Part shown: positions 17,492-27,602 of the stretch, piece after piece | How positions within the stretch are numbered: the stretch's first letter is position 1 | Layout: every line of letters begins with the position of its first letter | Virus record (IMG/VR): IMGVR_UViG_3300049927_000065 | Span: 1 to 46,066 of that record | Length of the DNA stretch: 46,066 nucleotides | Origin: a virus | Direction: 5' to 3' (one strand) | The notes under the pieces: generated by a model | Database searches by the model: none | Seen by the model: the letters and a program-made list of their open reading frames with translations, nothing else | What the model was told of the DNA's origin: nothing | Translations under genes and position numbers: made by a program

Positions 17492-18327
17492 TGGCGACGT
17501 TCAATTTCCCCCAATCGAGCGATACCTCGTCCGGCTGGAGTGGCGGTCTCGGATCGGATACGTTGGGGGGAGGAACCCCCGTGTCCACGTCCACGGGACT
17601 GTCCGCGGTGCCGCCGCCGGACACCGCGTTGCTACAAAGCATCACCTCGGACATCGGGAGCCTGACCGCTACAGCAGCACAGAACACCGCCGGGTCCGAA
17701 GCGGCAGCGACCCAGGCCGCGGGCTACCAGAAAGAGACTGAGGCCTATAACACGGTTGGCGCTATCGCCGCGGAGAATGCCACGGTTGAGGGGGTTGCCG
17801 GGAACATAAAACAGCTCGCGGCAAATCGGCAGGTCAACGTGACGCTCGGGTCGCAGCGCGCCGCCGTGGCCTCGGCGGGGTTCGCCAATTCCGGCAGTTC
17901 GTTGGACATCATGAAGTCAAGCATCCAGCAAGGCTACCTCAACCAACAGATCATTCAGACCCAGACCGCATTGACGCAGGGTGGGTTCTTGGAAGAAGGT
18001 GCTGCCGCGCAGGCCGAAGCCGCGGGCGGACAGGTCGCTTCCAATGCCGCGCTATCCCTGTCTCAGGCTCAGGCGGCTGCTGGGCAACTTGCGACGGCGA
18101 ACGCAGCGAACGAGACTGCCGCGATCAACGCCTATCTCGCATCCACGGGCGGCGTTAATTCGCCATCACGGGCTCTGGTGACGAGCACGCTTACCGGAGA
18201 CGCCAATCTGCCGACCACCTTCTCGCCGACAGGAGGCTCTACGACGGGCGGTTCGGATGCTGCCCAGGGAGCAAATAACGCATTGCGCGGGGGCGGAATG
18301 GGCACCCTGTCGGGGAACGTATTCTAA
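17491..18327 (+). CDS. Internal virion protein A-like
   Basis: 278 aa, Ala/Gln/Gly-rich. GSQRAAVASAGFANSGSSLDIMKSSIQQGYL is typical of podoviral internal core proteins. Occupies the gp13/14 position. Confidence 0.6.
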   Translation: MATFNFPQSSDTSSGWSGGLGSDTLGGGTPVSTSTGLSAVPPPDTALLQSITSDIGSLTATAAQNTAGSEAAATQAAGYQKETEAYNTVGAIAAENATVEGVAGNIKQLAANRQVNVTLGSQRAAVASAGFANSGSSLDIMKSSIQQGYLNQQIIQTQTALTQGGFLEEGAAAQAEAAGGQVASNAALSLSQAQAAAGQLATANAANETAAINAYLASTGGVNSPSRALVTSTLTGDANLPTTFSPTGGSTTGGSDAAQGANNALRGGGMGTLSGNVF

Positions 18328-19139
18328 TGCCGAGCATCCCGGAATACACAGCCCGCGAGACTACGTTCGCACCATCCCCTGTTGGCGCTTCCGCATGGGA
18401 GCAAGCAGGCCGCCGGATCGGGCCGCTCTACAATGAGGCGGCGACTTTTCGGGAGCAGCAAGGCCGCCTCGCAGCCGAAGCGCAGAAGCAAAAAATGTGG
18501 CCGTTCGATATCCTGCGTCTCTATCAGATACAGGCAACCGCGCAAGCCAAGGCCGCCGCCAACGCGCCGAGAACGGGGTTTAAGGTACTCGATAAGCCAG
18601 GTGCGACGGGCAGCGCCAACGACTTTGACCAGCCGGAAGCGCTCAATAGCGGTTGGACCCCCGGATACAATGACCTCGGACAGGTCTCTCGCGGGGCCGC
18701 TGCGCTCGGTAACGCGGTCAGCGACGGGGGATATGGCGTGGCAGGACCATCCCGTGCTAAGGGCGGTGGCGTTCCTCCGGCGGCTGATCCGGCTGGCGGC
18801 AGCGACTATACGCTATATCAGGGACAGTTCGTCTCCAGTGCCTACGGGCAGAAACTCGACGCCGAGGCGCGAGCAAATGATGCGAAGGAGCTGAATAAGT
18901 ACGGCACCAACCTATCAGACTATTATTCGCAGTATTACGGCTACCAGCCGGTGCCAGAGGGCAACAAAGACCCGTCGCAAGGCCCCGCGGGCAACCCCGT
19001 TCCGAACATGACGGTTCCTGGATATGCCCCCTCGACGGCCACGGGCGGTTACGGCGGCTATGAGGCGCAACCTGGCTTCTTCCAGAGCCTCGGAAACTGG
19101 ATAACAGGAGGCTCGTCTGATGCGACGGGGGATCAATAA
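18327..19139 (+). CDS. Internal virion protein
   Basis: 270 aa of low complexity. TAATG-coupled, and lies in the ejectosome block. Confidence 0.55.
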   Translation: MPSIPEYTARETTFAPSPVGASAWEQAGRRIGPLYNEAATFREQQGRLAAEAQKQKMWPFDILRLYQIQATAQAKAAANAPRTGFKVLDKPGATGSANDFDQPEALNSGWTPGYNDLGQVSRGAAALGNAVSDGGYGVAGPSRAKGGGVPPAADPAGGSDYTLYQGQFVSSAYGQKLDAEARANDAKELNKYGTNLSDYYSQYYGYQPVPEGNKDPSQGPAGNPVPNMTVPGYAPSTATGGYGGYEAQPGFFQSLGNWITGGSSDATGDQ

Positions 19140-20782
19140 TGGCTGACGATTATCCCGAAGACGAAACCCCGCCTCCCGCCGCCGCACAGTCACCCGCGCT
19201 GCAAGAGTTTCAAGAGGCCTTCACCTCTCCAGCCGCGAAGGATTGGGCGGGGGAAGTGTCGGCGCGGCTCAACGACTACTTTACCCGCCGGCAGATCGCC
19301 GACGACAATACCATGGCAGGCAACAATTTTGTCGCCGACATGGACACCTTCAAGTCCGGCCTGGTGAACATGGTGCAGGCCGACCCTAACGCGGTCCATA
19401 CCGCGCTCGATATCGTGCCCCCGACCATTTCAGCGTTGATGACGTCGATGCCGAACCCTCCCGAGAATGCGGACGACCATCACGCCAGCCTGACCGGCCA
19501 CATTCAGGGCGAGATTGCCACCGCAGCCGTCACCCGCTTGGCCGAGACGCACGAAGGCGCGGCGCGCGGCATGCTCAACGATGAACGGATCAAAGCCGCG
19601 CTCGGGGACGCGGCCGGGCCGCTCGACACCTACATCAGCGCGCAGGCGCAGGCCCGGCAGACCGACCATGAGGCCGAGGTTGCCGACATGCAGGCACACG
19701 CGGCGCTCGCTGCCGACCAGACCGCGGTTCGCTACCTCAGCGCTCTATACGATCCGGCCAGCGGCACGACGCAGTTCCCGCCGGGATGGAACCAGGCGGT
19801 CCTGAAAGACCCAGCCATTCCTCCGCCGATCAAGAATGCGATGGCGGGGGTTTACGACCGTCTACGTGGCCGGGGAGACGTGGAAACGTCCGACCCCTCT
19901 GTGATCACCGACGCCATCCGAAGGGCCGCCAACGGCCTCCCGCCGCCGGCGGGGGAACTTCTGTCTCGCGCTGGTCAAGACCTGACCCTCAACGATGCTC
20001 TTACGCTCACCCGCAAACTGTCGATTTCCCCCGCGGCCAAGGTGGAGGCCGAGAAGATGATGGAGACGATTGACGCCGTTGGGCATCAGATCGCCAGCCC
20101 CGAATACGGCATCGCAGGTGCCCGTGCCTACGGTCGGTTTGTCAACTGGTTCGTCGGCGAATACGCCCGGCAAGGGCCGAGCAGTCTCAATCCACAATCC
20201 GATCGGTGGATGCTGAACCCGGAAGCAGTTGACAATCCGATCGACCGCTTCCGGCCTACCGGCGGCGATCTGATCAATGTCGAGCCGCTCGCCAACTTCG
20301 CGGATAAGGTCGATATGTCGATCGCCAAACGGCCGACACTCGACAGCATCTTCAATCGGGGTGGCCGTGCACGCGAACCTGCCCCGCATGCCGCGCCGGC
20401 TGGATATCAGTATGATGCGAGCGGCAGCATCGTGCCGGTACCTGTCCCGTCGCACCCCAACACCGCGCCCTTCTACGGCGTCGAGCCCGTGCCCAATGAT
20501 CAGGCGGTTAACCCGGCCGGGATCGATCGCGACGCCGCGGGGCACCCGCTGACTGAAATGCGTACCGACGCGGGTATCAAGGCGCTGACCCCGACTGACA
20601 TTGCCCGTTCTACCTCAGGCCCCCGCCCGGTCGCGGCGCCCGCGCTCAGCGAAGACGAACAGCGCACCTTCCAAGAGACCGGCAAGTTGCCGACACGCGG
20701 GGCCGCTCCGACCACTAGAGGCACCCCGGTTCGGTCATCCCAGACCACCCCGGTTCGATCCGCTCCGCGTAGACGCCGATAA
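19139..20782 (+). CDS. Internal virion protein
   Basis: 547 aa. Coupled start (TAATG). Pro-rich basic tail TPVRSSQTTPVRSAPRRRR. Confidence 0.6.
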   Translation: MADDYPEDETPPPAAAQSPALQEFQEAFTSPAAKDWAGEVSARLNDYFTRRQIADDNTMAGNNFVADMDTFKSGLVNMVQADPNAVHTALDIVPPTISALMTSMPNPPENADDHHASLTGHIQGEIATAAVTRLAETHEGAARGMLNDERIKAALGDAAGPLDTYISAQAQARQTDHEAEVADMQAHAALAADQTAVRYLSALYDPASGTTQFPPGWNQAVLKDPAIPPPIKNAMAGVYDRLRGRGDVETSDPSVITDAIRRAANGLPPPAGELLSRAGQDLTLNDALTLTRKLSISPAAKVEAEKMMETIDAVGHQIASPEYGIAGARAYGRFVNWFVGEYARQGPSSLNPQSDRWMLNPEAVDNPIDRFRPTGGDLINVEPLANFADKVDMSIAKRPTLDSIFNRGGRAREPAPHAAPAGYQYDASGSIVPVPVPSHPNTAPFYGVEPVPNDQAVNPAGIDRDAAGHPLTEMRTDAGIKALTPTDIARSTSGPRPVAAPALSEDEQRTFQETGKLPTRGAAPTTRGTPVRSSQTTPVRSAPRRRR

Positions 20783-23700
20783 TGTCTGAGGACGAATATA
20801 TCGAGCCCCCCGGCCCGCAGCCCGCGCCGCCGCCGCCATCGCCCGACACCAGGCCGGTTCCACCGCCACAGCCTGCTGCCGCCCCGTCTGAGGAAGAATA
20901 TATCGAGCCTCCCCCGGCCGCCAATTACCAGGGCGCCATCGAAGACGCGCGGGGGGCGGGATACCAGTGGTCCGAAATACGCGGCCACATCGCACAGGGG
21001 ACCGCCGCCGCGGCGGATGCCGGGTACAATGACGCGGAAATTGACGCCCACCTTGGCTTTGCCGATCCGGCGGGGTTCGAGCGTGATGCCCGTAACGGGT
21101 GGGCCAAGCAGATGGCGCAGAACCCGGAGCTACTGACCGGCCTTACGGCACCCGAACCGAAGATCGATCTGTCGCTCAGCCCGGACATGGCCTCTGATTA
21201 CACGCGGGCGCTGCTCAACGGCGAGGTAAAAGGGCCGCAGGATTTCGCGCGCCGCTATGCCGCCGCCGCTCTCAATGCGGCGCATGAGCTTCACGGCGCC
21301 GACGCGACTGATCCCGATGTAATGGCCGCGCGCAGGGACGCCGCGACGGAGGCTGCCACCGAACTTGCCGCTGGGTTGCCCAGCCGAGAAGACCTGGCGG
21401 ACGCCACTGTAGCCCTGGGAGGGGGGCAAACGACCCGCGAGCGTCTGATGGCGCATTGGACGGACACGGGCACTCAGCCCCTCGACGCGGCAGTACAGGC
21501 CCAATCTGATCCGTCTCTCGCCGACAAGCTGTTTGCGGCGCCCGTCGCCGCGGTTGGCGCGTTTGGCAACTTCCTAAAGGACATCGGTGTCGGTGCGGCC
21601 GCCGGCACGTTCTATCCTGACCCGGAATTTCACGCCCGCTACGATACCGACAGGCTGGCCGAGGCGCTGCGACAGGGTGCGCCGCCCAACCTGGCCGAAC
21701 AGCTTACCGCTGCCCTGACGCACGCCTTGCTCGCGCCGGGTGCCAACTACGCGGAGGGATTGCTCAAATCGGGGCCAGAGACGATACAGCGCGTCATGGG
21801 GGGCAAAGGCTTCACAATCGAGGAAGCTCTCGGGGTAGCGCAGTACGCCCTATCACCAGCCGCCGGGCGCTATCCTGGAGGGCGCATTCCCGTCGAGCCG
21901 GAGATACTTCCGCCGCAGCGCGGCCTCCCGCCGCCTCCCGGTCCTGGCTTGCCGCCACGCGAGCCGATCATCATCGATCATGAGGCCGCGGGAGTGCCGG
22001 CGAGCGAACTGGTCAAGTTGCCGCCGCCGTCGCCGTTGGAAGTCATCAATCCCGAGGCTCCGCTCGGTGCCCCACGCGAGACGATCCCGGCCAAGGAAGC
22101 CCTCGGTCCCGTGCCAGCGGACGACCTTGCCGTTCATGCAGCGGCGCAGGAACTATCCGATATCCCCTTCGCGGAACGCGAGGGCGCGCTATCGCCGCGC
22201 GATCAAGAGTACCCCCCGACCCCGATGCCGAACAACCGCATCCCGCGCTCCGTGGTGCCGGAGGGGCAAGAAGATTTTGTTGGACAACAGGCCGCGCGGT
22301 TAGAAGCCCTGCGAGTGGAGAACTCGGCGACTGAAGGCGGCGGAACATTCTTTCAGCGCATCCTGGAACAGCAAATCGCCAATCGGGAAATCACTCCCCA
22401 GCAAGCGGCAGCCATCGTCGAGCCTAAGCCGCAGCAGATTACCGAACTGGCCGAAGGCTACGATACAGCCAAGAGCCTGTACCAGCATTTCAGCGGCATT
22501 CTCGGTGACGTGCTCACGGACGAGAGCGGTGCGCTCACATGGCGCACGCCGGAGGCGCAGGCGTTTTGGGATAATTTCTCGCGGTCGCGTGACATAGCGC
22601 ACCGCATCTTGATCCCAAACATACAGAAGGGCGTCAAGAATGACGTGCTGCTGGCCCGCATGATGGACAGCTATCGAGGCGCGATGGCCCCGCACGTCAA
22701 CGAGTTCGCCCGCGCCTCACGCGCCAGCGACGGCCAGGCGATGATCGACAGCGAGATCGGCAAGTTCATTGGCTACGTCGAGAACCGGACATGGGGTGGC
22801 ACGCTACGCAACAGTCGGCTGCAGCCGGTCGCGGACGCCCTCGCGGCCATCGGGCAGCACGGCGAAAAGGCCATGGCGGATGCAGCGGCCGAAGGACTGA
22901 TCGACGTGCCGACCCTCATCGCCAACTGGTACAAGCATCTGTGGAAGAACCCGCACGGGATCAATTGGGATAATCTCACGGGCGGCTACAGCGGCGTACA
23001 GGGCAATGCGACCTTCACACGCAAGCGGTCCATGCCGACCATGTATGACGGCATGAAGGCCGGGCTGTCGCCGATGTTCGACAACCCTATCGATCAAGCC
23101 CTCTACGGCGAACACCTCCGCGGCCACTACCTCAACGCGCTTCGCTCGATCAAGGCCGCGATGGCGGAGGATCAGGTCTATTGGGCGCACGGACCCCGGG
23201 AGGTTAATGACATCCAACTCGACGGAACCACGCCGAGCTATGACGGCCCGCTGGGTGCTCCGCAGCGCGGGGTGACGCCGAAGATCGGTACACCGCAGCC
23301 CGGCATGGTCCTTTACGGTCAGCCCGGCTTCGCGCGGCCCTATAACAACATGCTCGCCATGGGCATGAATGCGCACCCAGTCGGCGCGAGTGTCTATAAC
23401 CGTCTACTGTGGGCGGGCAACATGTCGACCGCGATCAAGCTCTTGTGGCCGGGGTTCCATTTGCGGGTGATCGGCCTCGGAACACTGGCAACCGGAGCGG
23501 CCACCATGCTCGATGAGGTAGAGCGGTTGGAATTTGGCAAAGCCTTCGCGAGTGCCATGAAGACCGCAGTTTTTCCGGTTACCGCCGGAGAACAGATGTG
23601 GAAGGGTTTTCGCTCGATCTACCGCTACAACCGCGATATGAAAGACCCAACGCTCGATCTTCTGGACAGCGCCGGTCTACGGCTTACTCCCCGGCAATCC

Positions 23701-24924
23701 GTCTACCACGTCGGGCCGGAGAGCCTGATGGAAACCGCGAAGCGCGGCGGGTTTCAGCCGACACAAGGGCGGTGGGGTGTGCTCGGCGGCGTACAGGAAA
23801 TCTTCCGCACGATTGGCCGTGATCTACAGGCGATAAAGGGCGACCCGCGGTTGGAGGGAACGGGCGGCAGCGTACAGAAGACTTTCCGCACGATCGGCCG
23901 TGGTTTGCAGTTTCCCCTCACCGAGCTTGGCCGAGTGATGCAGACCGCCACCTCGCCGTTCTTCGATTACTGGATACCCGCGGCTAAAGCAGGCGCCGGC
24001 TATGTCCGTCTCGCCTCATGGCTTGACAAGAACCGCTTTGCCACTGATGAGCAGAAATGGTTCAAGGCGCGACAGATCGTTCGCGACGTGGAGAACCGTT
24101 TCGGTGAGTTGAACCAGGACACTCTGTTCGGCCCAAAGTTGGCGAAGCAGATCGCCAATGTATTGATGGTATCACCCGGATGGAAATGGGGTTCATGGCG
24201 GGGCTTCCTCGGGGCGATCGGCATCGATGTCGAGCGAGGCGGCCGGCTCGGTAAGCTGTCGTGGAACTCGATCAACACCAACTCCCTCGCGGGTGCCCTA
24301 ATCGTGTACTCGATGTTCAACGCAGTCGAGCAGGTAGCGCACGGTCAGCCGCCGTTCTGGAAAACCGATACCGCCATCGCTGACCTGGCGAATGCCCGCA
24401 TCGGGGGCACGTCAAAGTGGGGCGGCCCCGCCCGGTTGATGGACCCGGCCGAACTCAAGGAGCTGTATGACGCCGCCAAGGTCATGCTGGTCTCGATCTA
24501 TTCGCCGAAGGATGGTCCGACCGCGGCTGCTGAGTACGTGATGAATGCCCTCAACCCGTTCTGGCATGCGTTCTACGGCACGCTCTCGGGACGCGACGGC
24601 ATCGGCCCGCAGGCGCGCAGCGTCCAGGACCGCCCCGGCGGCTACCCCGCTTTCTTGAAGGAAACTTTCGGCCCGATCGTCTACCAGCAGCTACAAGACC
24701 TCCGCCCCGGCTCAAATTTATCGAAGCTCGAGATTTTCATGGGTACCCGCGAGGCGTCAAAGTGGGTGACGGACTGGAACGCCTACATGCAAGGTATGGC
24801 GAAGGGTCACGCATATACGACCAAGGAAGAAATCCGGCGAGAGAATAAGATGCACGGCATCCCTGGACCGGGCCGGCCGAAGAAGGAGAGCGCGGGCGAG
24901 CGGCATTGGCAGACAGGTCGGTAA
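20782..24924 (+). CDS. Large internal virion / DNA-ejection protein (gp16-like by size and position)
   Basis: 1380 aa, the last gene before the fibre genes. N-terminal repeats S-E-[DE]-E-Y-I-E-P-P x2 and GY..(S/A)EI..H. Internal repeat VQEIFRTIGRDLQ / VQKTFRTIGRGLQ. Confidence 0.65.
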   Translation: MSEDEYIEPPGPQPAPPPPSPDTRPVPPPQPAAAPSEEEYIEPPPAANYQGAIEDARGAGYQWSEIRGHIAQGTAAAADAGYNDAEIDAHLGFADPAGFERDARNGWAKQMAQNPELLTGLTAPEPKIDLSLSPDMASDYTRALLNGEVKGPQDFARRYAAAALNAAHELHGADATDPDVMAARRDAATEAATELAAGLPSREDLADATVALGGGQTTRERLMAHWTDTGTQPLDAAVQAQSDPSLADKLFAAPVAAVGAFGNFLKDIGVGAAAGTFYPDPEFHARYDTDRLAEALRQGAPPNLAEQLTAALTHALLAPGANYAEGLLKSGPETIQRVMGGKGFTIEEALGVAQYALSPAAGRYPGGRIPVEPEILPPQRGLPPPPGPGLPPREPIIIDHEAAGVPASELVKLPPPSPLEVINPEAPLGAPRETIPAKEALGPVPADDLAVHAAAQELSDIPFAEREGALSPRDQEYPPTPMPNNRIPRSVVPEGQEDFVGQQAARLEALRVENSATEGGGTFFQRILEQQIANREITPQQAAAIVEPKPQQITELAEGYDTAKSLYQHFSGILGDVLTDESGALTWRTPEAQAFWDNFSRSRDIAHRILIPNIQKGVKNDVLLARMMDSYRGAMAPHVNEFARASRASDGQAMIDSEIGKFIGYVENRTWGGTLRNSRLQPVADALAAIGQHGEKAMADAAAEGLIDVPTLIANWYKHLWKNPHGINWDNLTGGYSGVQGNATFTRKRSMPTMYDGMKAGLSPMFDNPIDQALYGEHLRGHYLNALRSIKAAMAEDQVYWAHGPREVNDIQLDGTTPSYDGPLGAPQRGVTPKIGTPQPGMVLYGQPGFARPYNNMLAMGMNAHPVGASVYNRLLWAGNMSTAIKLLWPGFHLRVIGLGTLATGAATMLDEVERLEFGKAFASAMKTAVFPVTAGEQMWKGFRSIYRYNRDMKDPTLDLLDSAGLRLTPRQSVYHVGPESLMETAKRGGFQPTQGRWGVLGGVQEIFRTIGRDLQAIKGDPRLEGTGGSVQKTFRTIGRGLQFPLTELGRVMQTATSPFFDYWIPAAKAGAGYVRLASWLDKNRFATDEQKWFKARQIVRDVENRFGELNQDTLFGPKLAKQIANVLMVSPGWKWGSWRGFLGAIGIDVERGGRLGKLSWNSINTNSLAGALIVYSMFNAVEQVAHGQPPFWKTDTAIADLANARIGGTSKWGGPARLMDPAELKELYDAAKVMLVSIYSPKDGPTAAAEYVMNALNPFWHAFYGTLSGRDGIGPQARSVQDRPGGYPAFLKETFGPIVYQQLQDLRPGSNLSKLEIFMGTREASKWVTDWNAYMQGMAKGHAYTTKEEIRRENKMHGIPGPGRPKKESAGERHWQTGR

Positions 24925-25496
24925 TGCCCCCACCTGACATCCGCATTCGCGGCATCCGCACGCCTCTTCCTTCCGGCTACGTGCTAGGGCGCATCAGCCC
25001 CGGCACGGGCGATACGGAATTGATCGACCTAGGCAAGATCGCCTCGCATGTCGCGGCGAGCGGCCAGGTCGCGGTCCCGTCGAGCATTTCGCCCCCGCTC
25101 GCGGCCAGCGGCGTCACGCCTGGCAGCTATACTCTCACCAGCCTCACCGTGTCCACGCTGGGCATCATTACGGCTGCGACGAGCGGCACGTTGGCGAGTG
25201 CAAAACTATGGGTGGGGAACGGAAGTAGCGTGCCCACGGCGGTCAGCCTCTCGGGCGATGCGACGCTCGCGAACACAGGCGCGCTCACCTTGGCGACGGT
25301 GAATGCAAACGTCGGCAGTTTCACCAATACGAGTATGACCGTGAATGCAAAAGGCCTTGTAACAGCGGCTTCTAGCGGCGCTGCTGTTACTGCCCCAAAC
25401 GGTATGCTGCCCTTGGTCACGGGCGATACAACCCCAGGAGACCAACCATTCTTTGTCACGGACGGGGCCGGACAGTGCATCGGAGTACCACTATGA
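24924..25496 (+). CDS. Tail fibre protein 1 (tail-attachment N-terminus)
   Basis: TAATG-coupled. Carries the fibre repeat VNANVGSFTNTSMTVNAKGLVTAASSG, shared with 26540..27376. Confidence 0.7.
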   Translation: MPPPDIRIRGIRTPLPSGYVLGRISPGTGDTELIDLGKIASHVAASGQVAVPSSISPPLAASGVTPGSYTLTSLTVSTLGIITAATSGTLASAKLWVGNGSSVPTAVSLSGDATLANTGALTLATVNANVGSFTNTSMTVNAKGLVTAASSGAAVTAPNGMLPLVTGDTTPGDQPFFVTDGAGQCIGVPL

Positions 25497-26536
25497 GCCA
25501 GCAATACCTCTACTATGACACGGCCGTTCACGGCTATGTTGGTGTGTTAGAAATAGGAACAAACAATGACGGGTCCGCGGTATTGCCAGCGTCAACAACT
25601 ACCGCTGGCTGGGCGATATCGTCTAACTATTTTAATGACAACGGAGTAAATTTCTGGTCTACTGTTAATGGAGATAATCCCTCGTTAGCAAATCAGGGAT
25701 TTTATTGGCTTCAAAAGCTAACGGACACGACTAAATTTACTCTAGGACACATATACGGTGATCCAACATTCACCGAGTTTGACTACTATGTCAATGACAA
25801 CCCAGCGGGTTTTATCGGCGCCAGTGCCACAGAAATGTTTTTAGGAACGCCTAATAGCAATCCCTTTAATCACTACGTGAACAACGGCGATCTTACATTT
25901 TCGGTGGACCCCGGATTTAGTGTAACAATTTATGGCAGTACATCAGGAGGAATAAAGCTACAAGTGCCAGCAATGGCGGGAGCAAACACTTTAACTTTTC
26001 CAGCGGGAACAACGGATTTTAGCTCAACGGGGGGCGCATCACAAGTTGTCAAGCAAACTTCTGCCGGGGGTGCATTTACCACGGGTCAAGTAGCAACCTC
26101 TGAGGTTAAAACAACCAGCACCAACGATAACGCGGCCGCTGGGGGCATCGGGGAGTACATCAAATCGAACATCCCCATCGCCAGCAAGGTCGGCTTGTCG
26201 ACGGCGACGGCAAAAACAATCGCATCCGTTTCCTTGACTGCTGGCGATTGGGATGTCACCGGCACAGTCGCCTTCGCCCCCGATGCCGGCACACTGATCG
26301 TGGACATGAAGGGCGGGATAAGCCAAACCGACAACACGCTTCCCACACTCTCTGACACCGCGGCCTTGGTTGACGTCCCTCTTGCGCCGAGCGCGGGCGT
26401 CGGGGCGACGATACCCGTGGGTGTCTCACGATTGTCGCTCGCCGGCACTACGATAATCTATCTCGTAGCGCAGTGCACTTTCTCGGTCAGCACCAATTCC
26501 GCCTACGGTTTCATCAGCGCACGACGAAGGAGATAG
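25493..26536 (+). CDS. Tail fibre / receptor-binding protein 2 (mosaic, low-GC N-terminal two thirds)
   Basis: ATGA-coupled. The C-terminal block GIGEYI...SLTAGDWDVTG...AYGFISARRRR is a recurrent fibre-tip domain. GC of 25500-26040 is about 46% by line counts. Confidence 0.7.
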   Translation: MSQQYLYYDTAVHGYVGVLEIGTNNDGSAVLPASTTTAGWAISSNYFNDNGVNFWSTVNGDNPSLANQGFYWLQKLTDTTKFTLGHIYGDPTFTEFDYYVNDNPAGFIGASATEMFLGTPNSNPFNHYVNNGDLTFSVDPGFSVTIYGSTSGGIKLQVPAMAGANTLTFPAGTTDFSSTGGASQVVKQTSAGGAFTTGQVATSEVKTTSTNDNAAAGGIGEYIKSNIPIASKVGLSTATAKTIASVSLTAGDWDVTGTVAFAPDAGTLIVDMKGGISQTDNTLPTLSDTAALVDVPLAPSAGVGATIPVGVSRLSLAGTTIIYLVAQCTFSVSTNSAYGFISARRRR

Positions 26537-26539
26537 CAC

Positions 26540-27376
26540 ATGACAGCCAGCACCTCCATCTTCGACTATATCGGCCGCGGTACGCACGCCGCGCGTCCTA
26601 GCACCCCGAATATCAATTCGGGCGGCACCGCCCTGTACTACGAGACGGACACCACCAATACTTTTATTTGGTCCGGGTCAGCATGGGTACAGGCCAACGG
26701 CGGTACTGGAACGATTACCGCGATCACGGGCGACCTTGCCGCGAGCGGTACGGGGAGCGTGACCGGGACGCTCGCGACCGTGAACAGCAACGTCGGCTCG
26801 TTCACCAACGCCAATGTGACGGTGAACGGGAAAGGACTGGTGACGGCGGCGGCAAACGGCTCAGGCTCAAGCGGCGCTATGACTTTGATTTCCACGTTGA
26901 CGGCGAACAACAGCGCCTCGCTTGCGTGGACCGGGTTGACCCTCGGCACTCATTGGCGAATGTCCGGGAAACTGCTTGTGCCGGCGTCGAACGCTGTCGG
27001 GTTGACATTGGTGTTTGGCACAGGCGCCGGCCCGACCTACATTACCACGAACTATTTCCAAGCTATGAGCGGCTATTCTACTGCCAACTCAGCGGACAGT
27101 TTTGGCGGGGCAAGTCGAAATTATGTCGATCTTTCCGATGGATCGGTTGGGAACTCGGCCGCGGGGGCATCTTTCGCCGTGGAGATCATGACCGACAACG
27201 CAACCTTCATCGTCGTTACAGGGACATTTATAAACAAAACAGGTACGGCGACATATGCTGCATTACAGCTCGGTAATGCCTTGGCTATCTCTGCCGCAAT
27301 AACCGCGATGAAACTTGTAATGACTTCCGGCAATATCACATCAGGAACCGCTTCGCTCTACTCGATCGCAGAATGA
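26540..27376 (+). CDS. Tail fibre protein 3
   Basis: Carries the motif TLATVNSNVGSFTNANVTVNGKGLVTAAANGS. It is the last gene of the plus-strand operon. Confidence 0.65.
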   Translation: MTASTSIFDYIGRGTHAARPSTPNINSGGTALYYETDTTNTFIWSGSAWVQANGGTGTITAITGDLAASGTGSVTGTLATVNSNVGSFTNANVTVNGKGLVTAAANGSGSSGAMTLISTLTANNSASLAWTGLTLGTHWRMSGKLLVPASNAVGLTLVFGTGAGPTYITTNYFQAMSGYSTANSADSFGGASRNYVDLSDGSVGNSAAGASFAVEIMTDNATFIVVTGTFINKTGTATYAALQLGNALAISAAITAMKLVMTSGNITSGTASLYSIAE

Positions 27377-27377
27377 C

Positions 27378-27602
27378 CTAATGGTATTGAAGGTCGATCA
27401 TCGCCGGCCACACGAATTGCTTGCCGGGGTCGAGCGGGGCAAAGTCTGCAGTCTTCCACACCCGGATACGAGCGATGTTCGGGCTTTCGTTCGCGTGGTC
27501 TAGGATATCCTGCACGCACGGCATGTCAGGGCAGCGCACGACTTGATGTTGCGGGTGCCCTGACATGCCGGATAGGAACAGCAGGACCACCACATACATC
27601 AC
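27378..27602 (-). CDS. Small secreted/membrane protein at the end of the lysis cassette
   Basis: N-terminal hydrophobic segment MYVVVLLFLSGMSG. The start (GTG 27602 or ATG 27599) overlaps the o-spanin stop. Confidence 0.5.
   Translation of the reverse strand: MMYVVVLLFLSGMSGHPQHQVVRCPDMPCVQDILDHANESPNIARIRVWKTADFAPLDPGKQFVWPAMIDLQYH

Noticed and set aside
24924-27376. A diversity-generating retroelement (template/variable repeat pair) in the fibre cassette.
   Set aside because: No reverse transcriptase gene is present. Differences between the two fibre repeats are mostly synonymous GC3-type changes, not adenine-specific substitutions.
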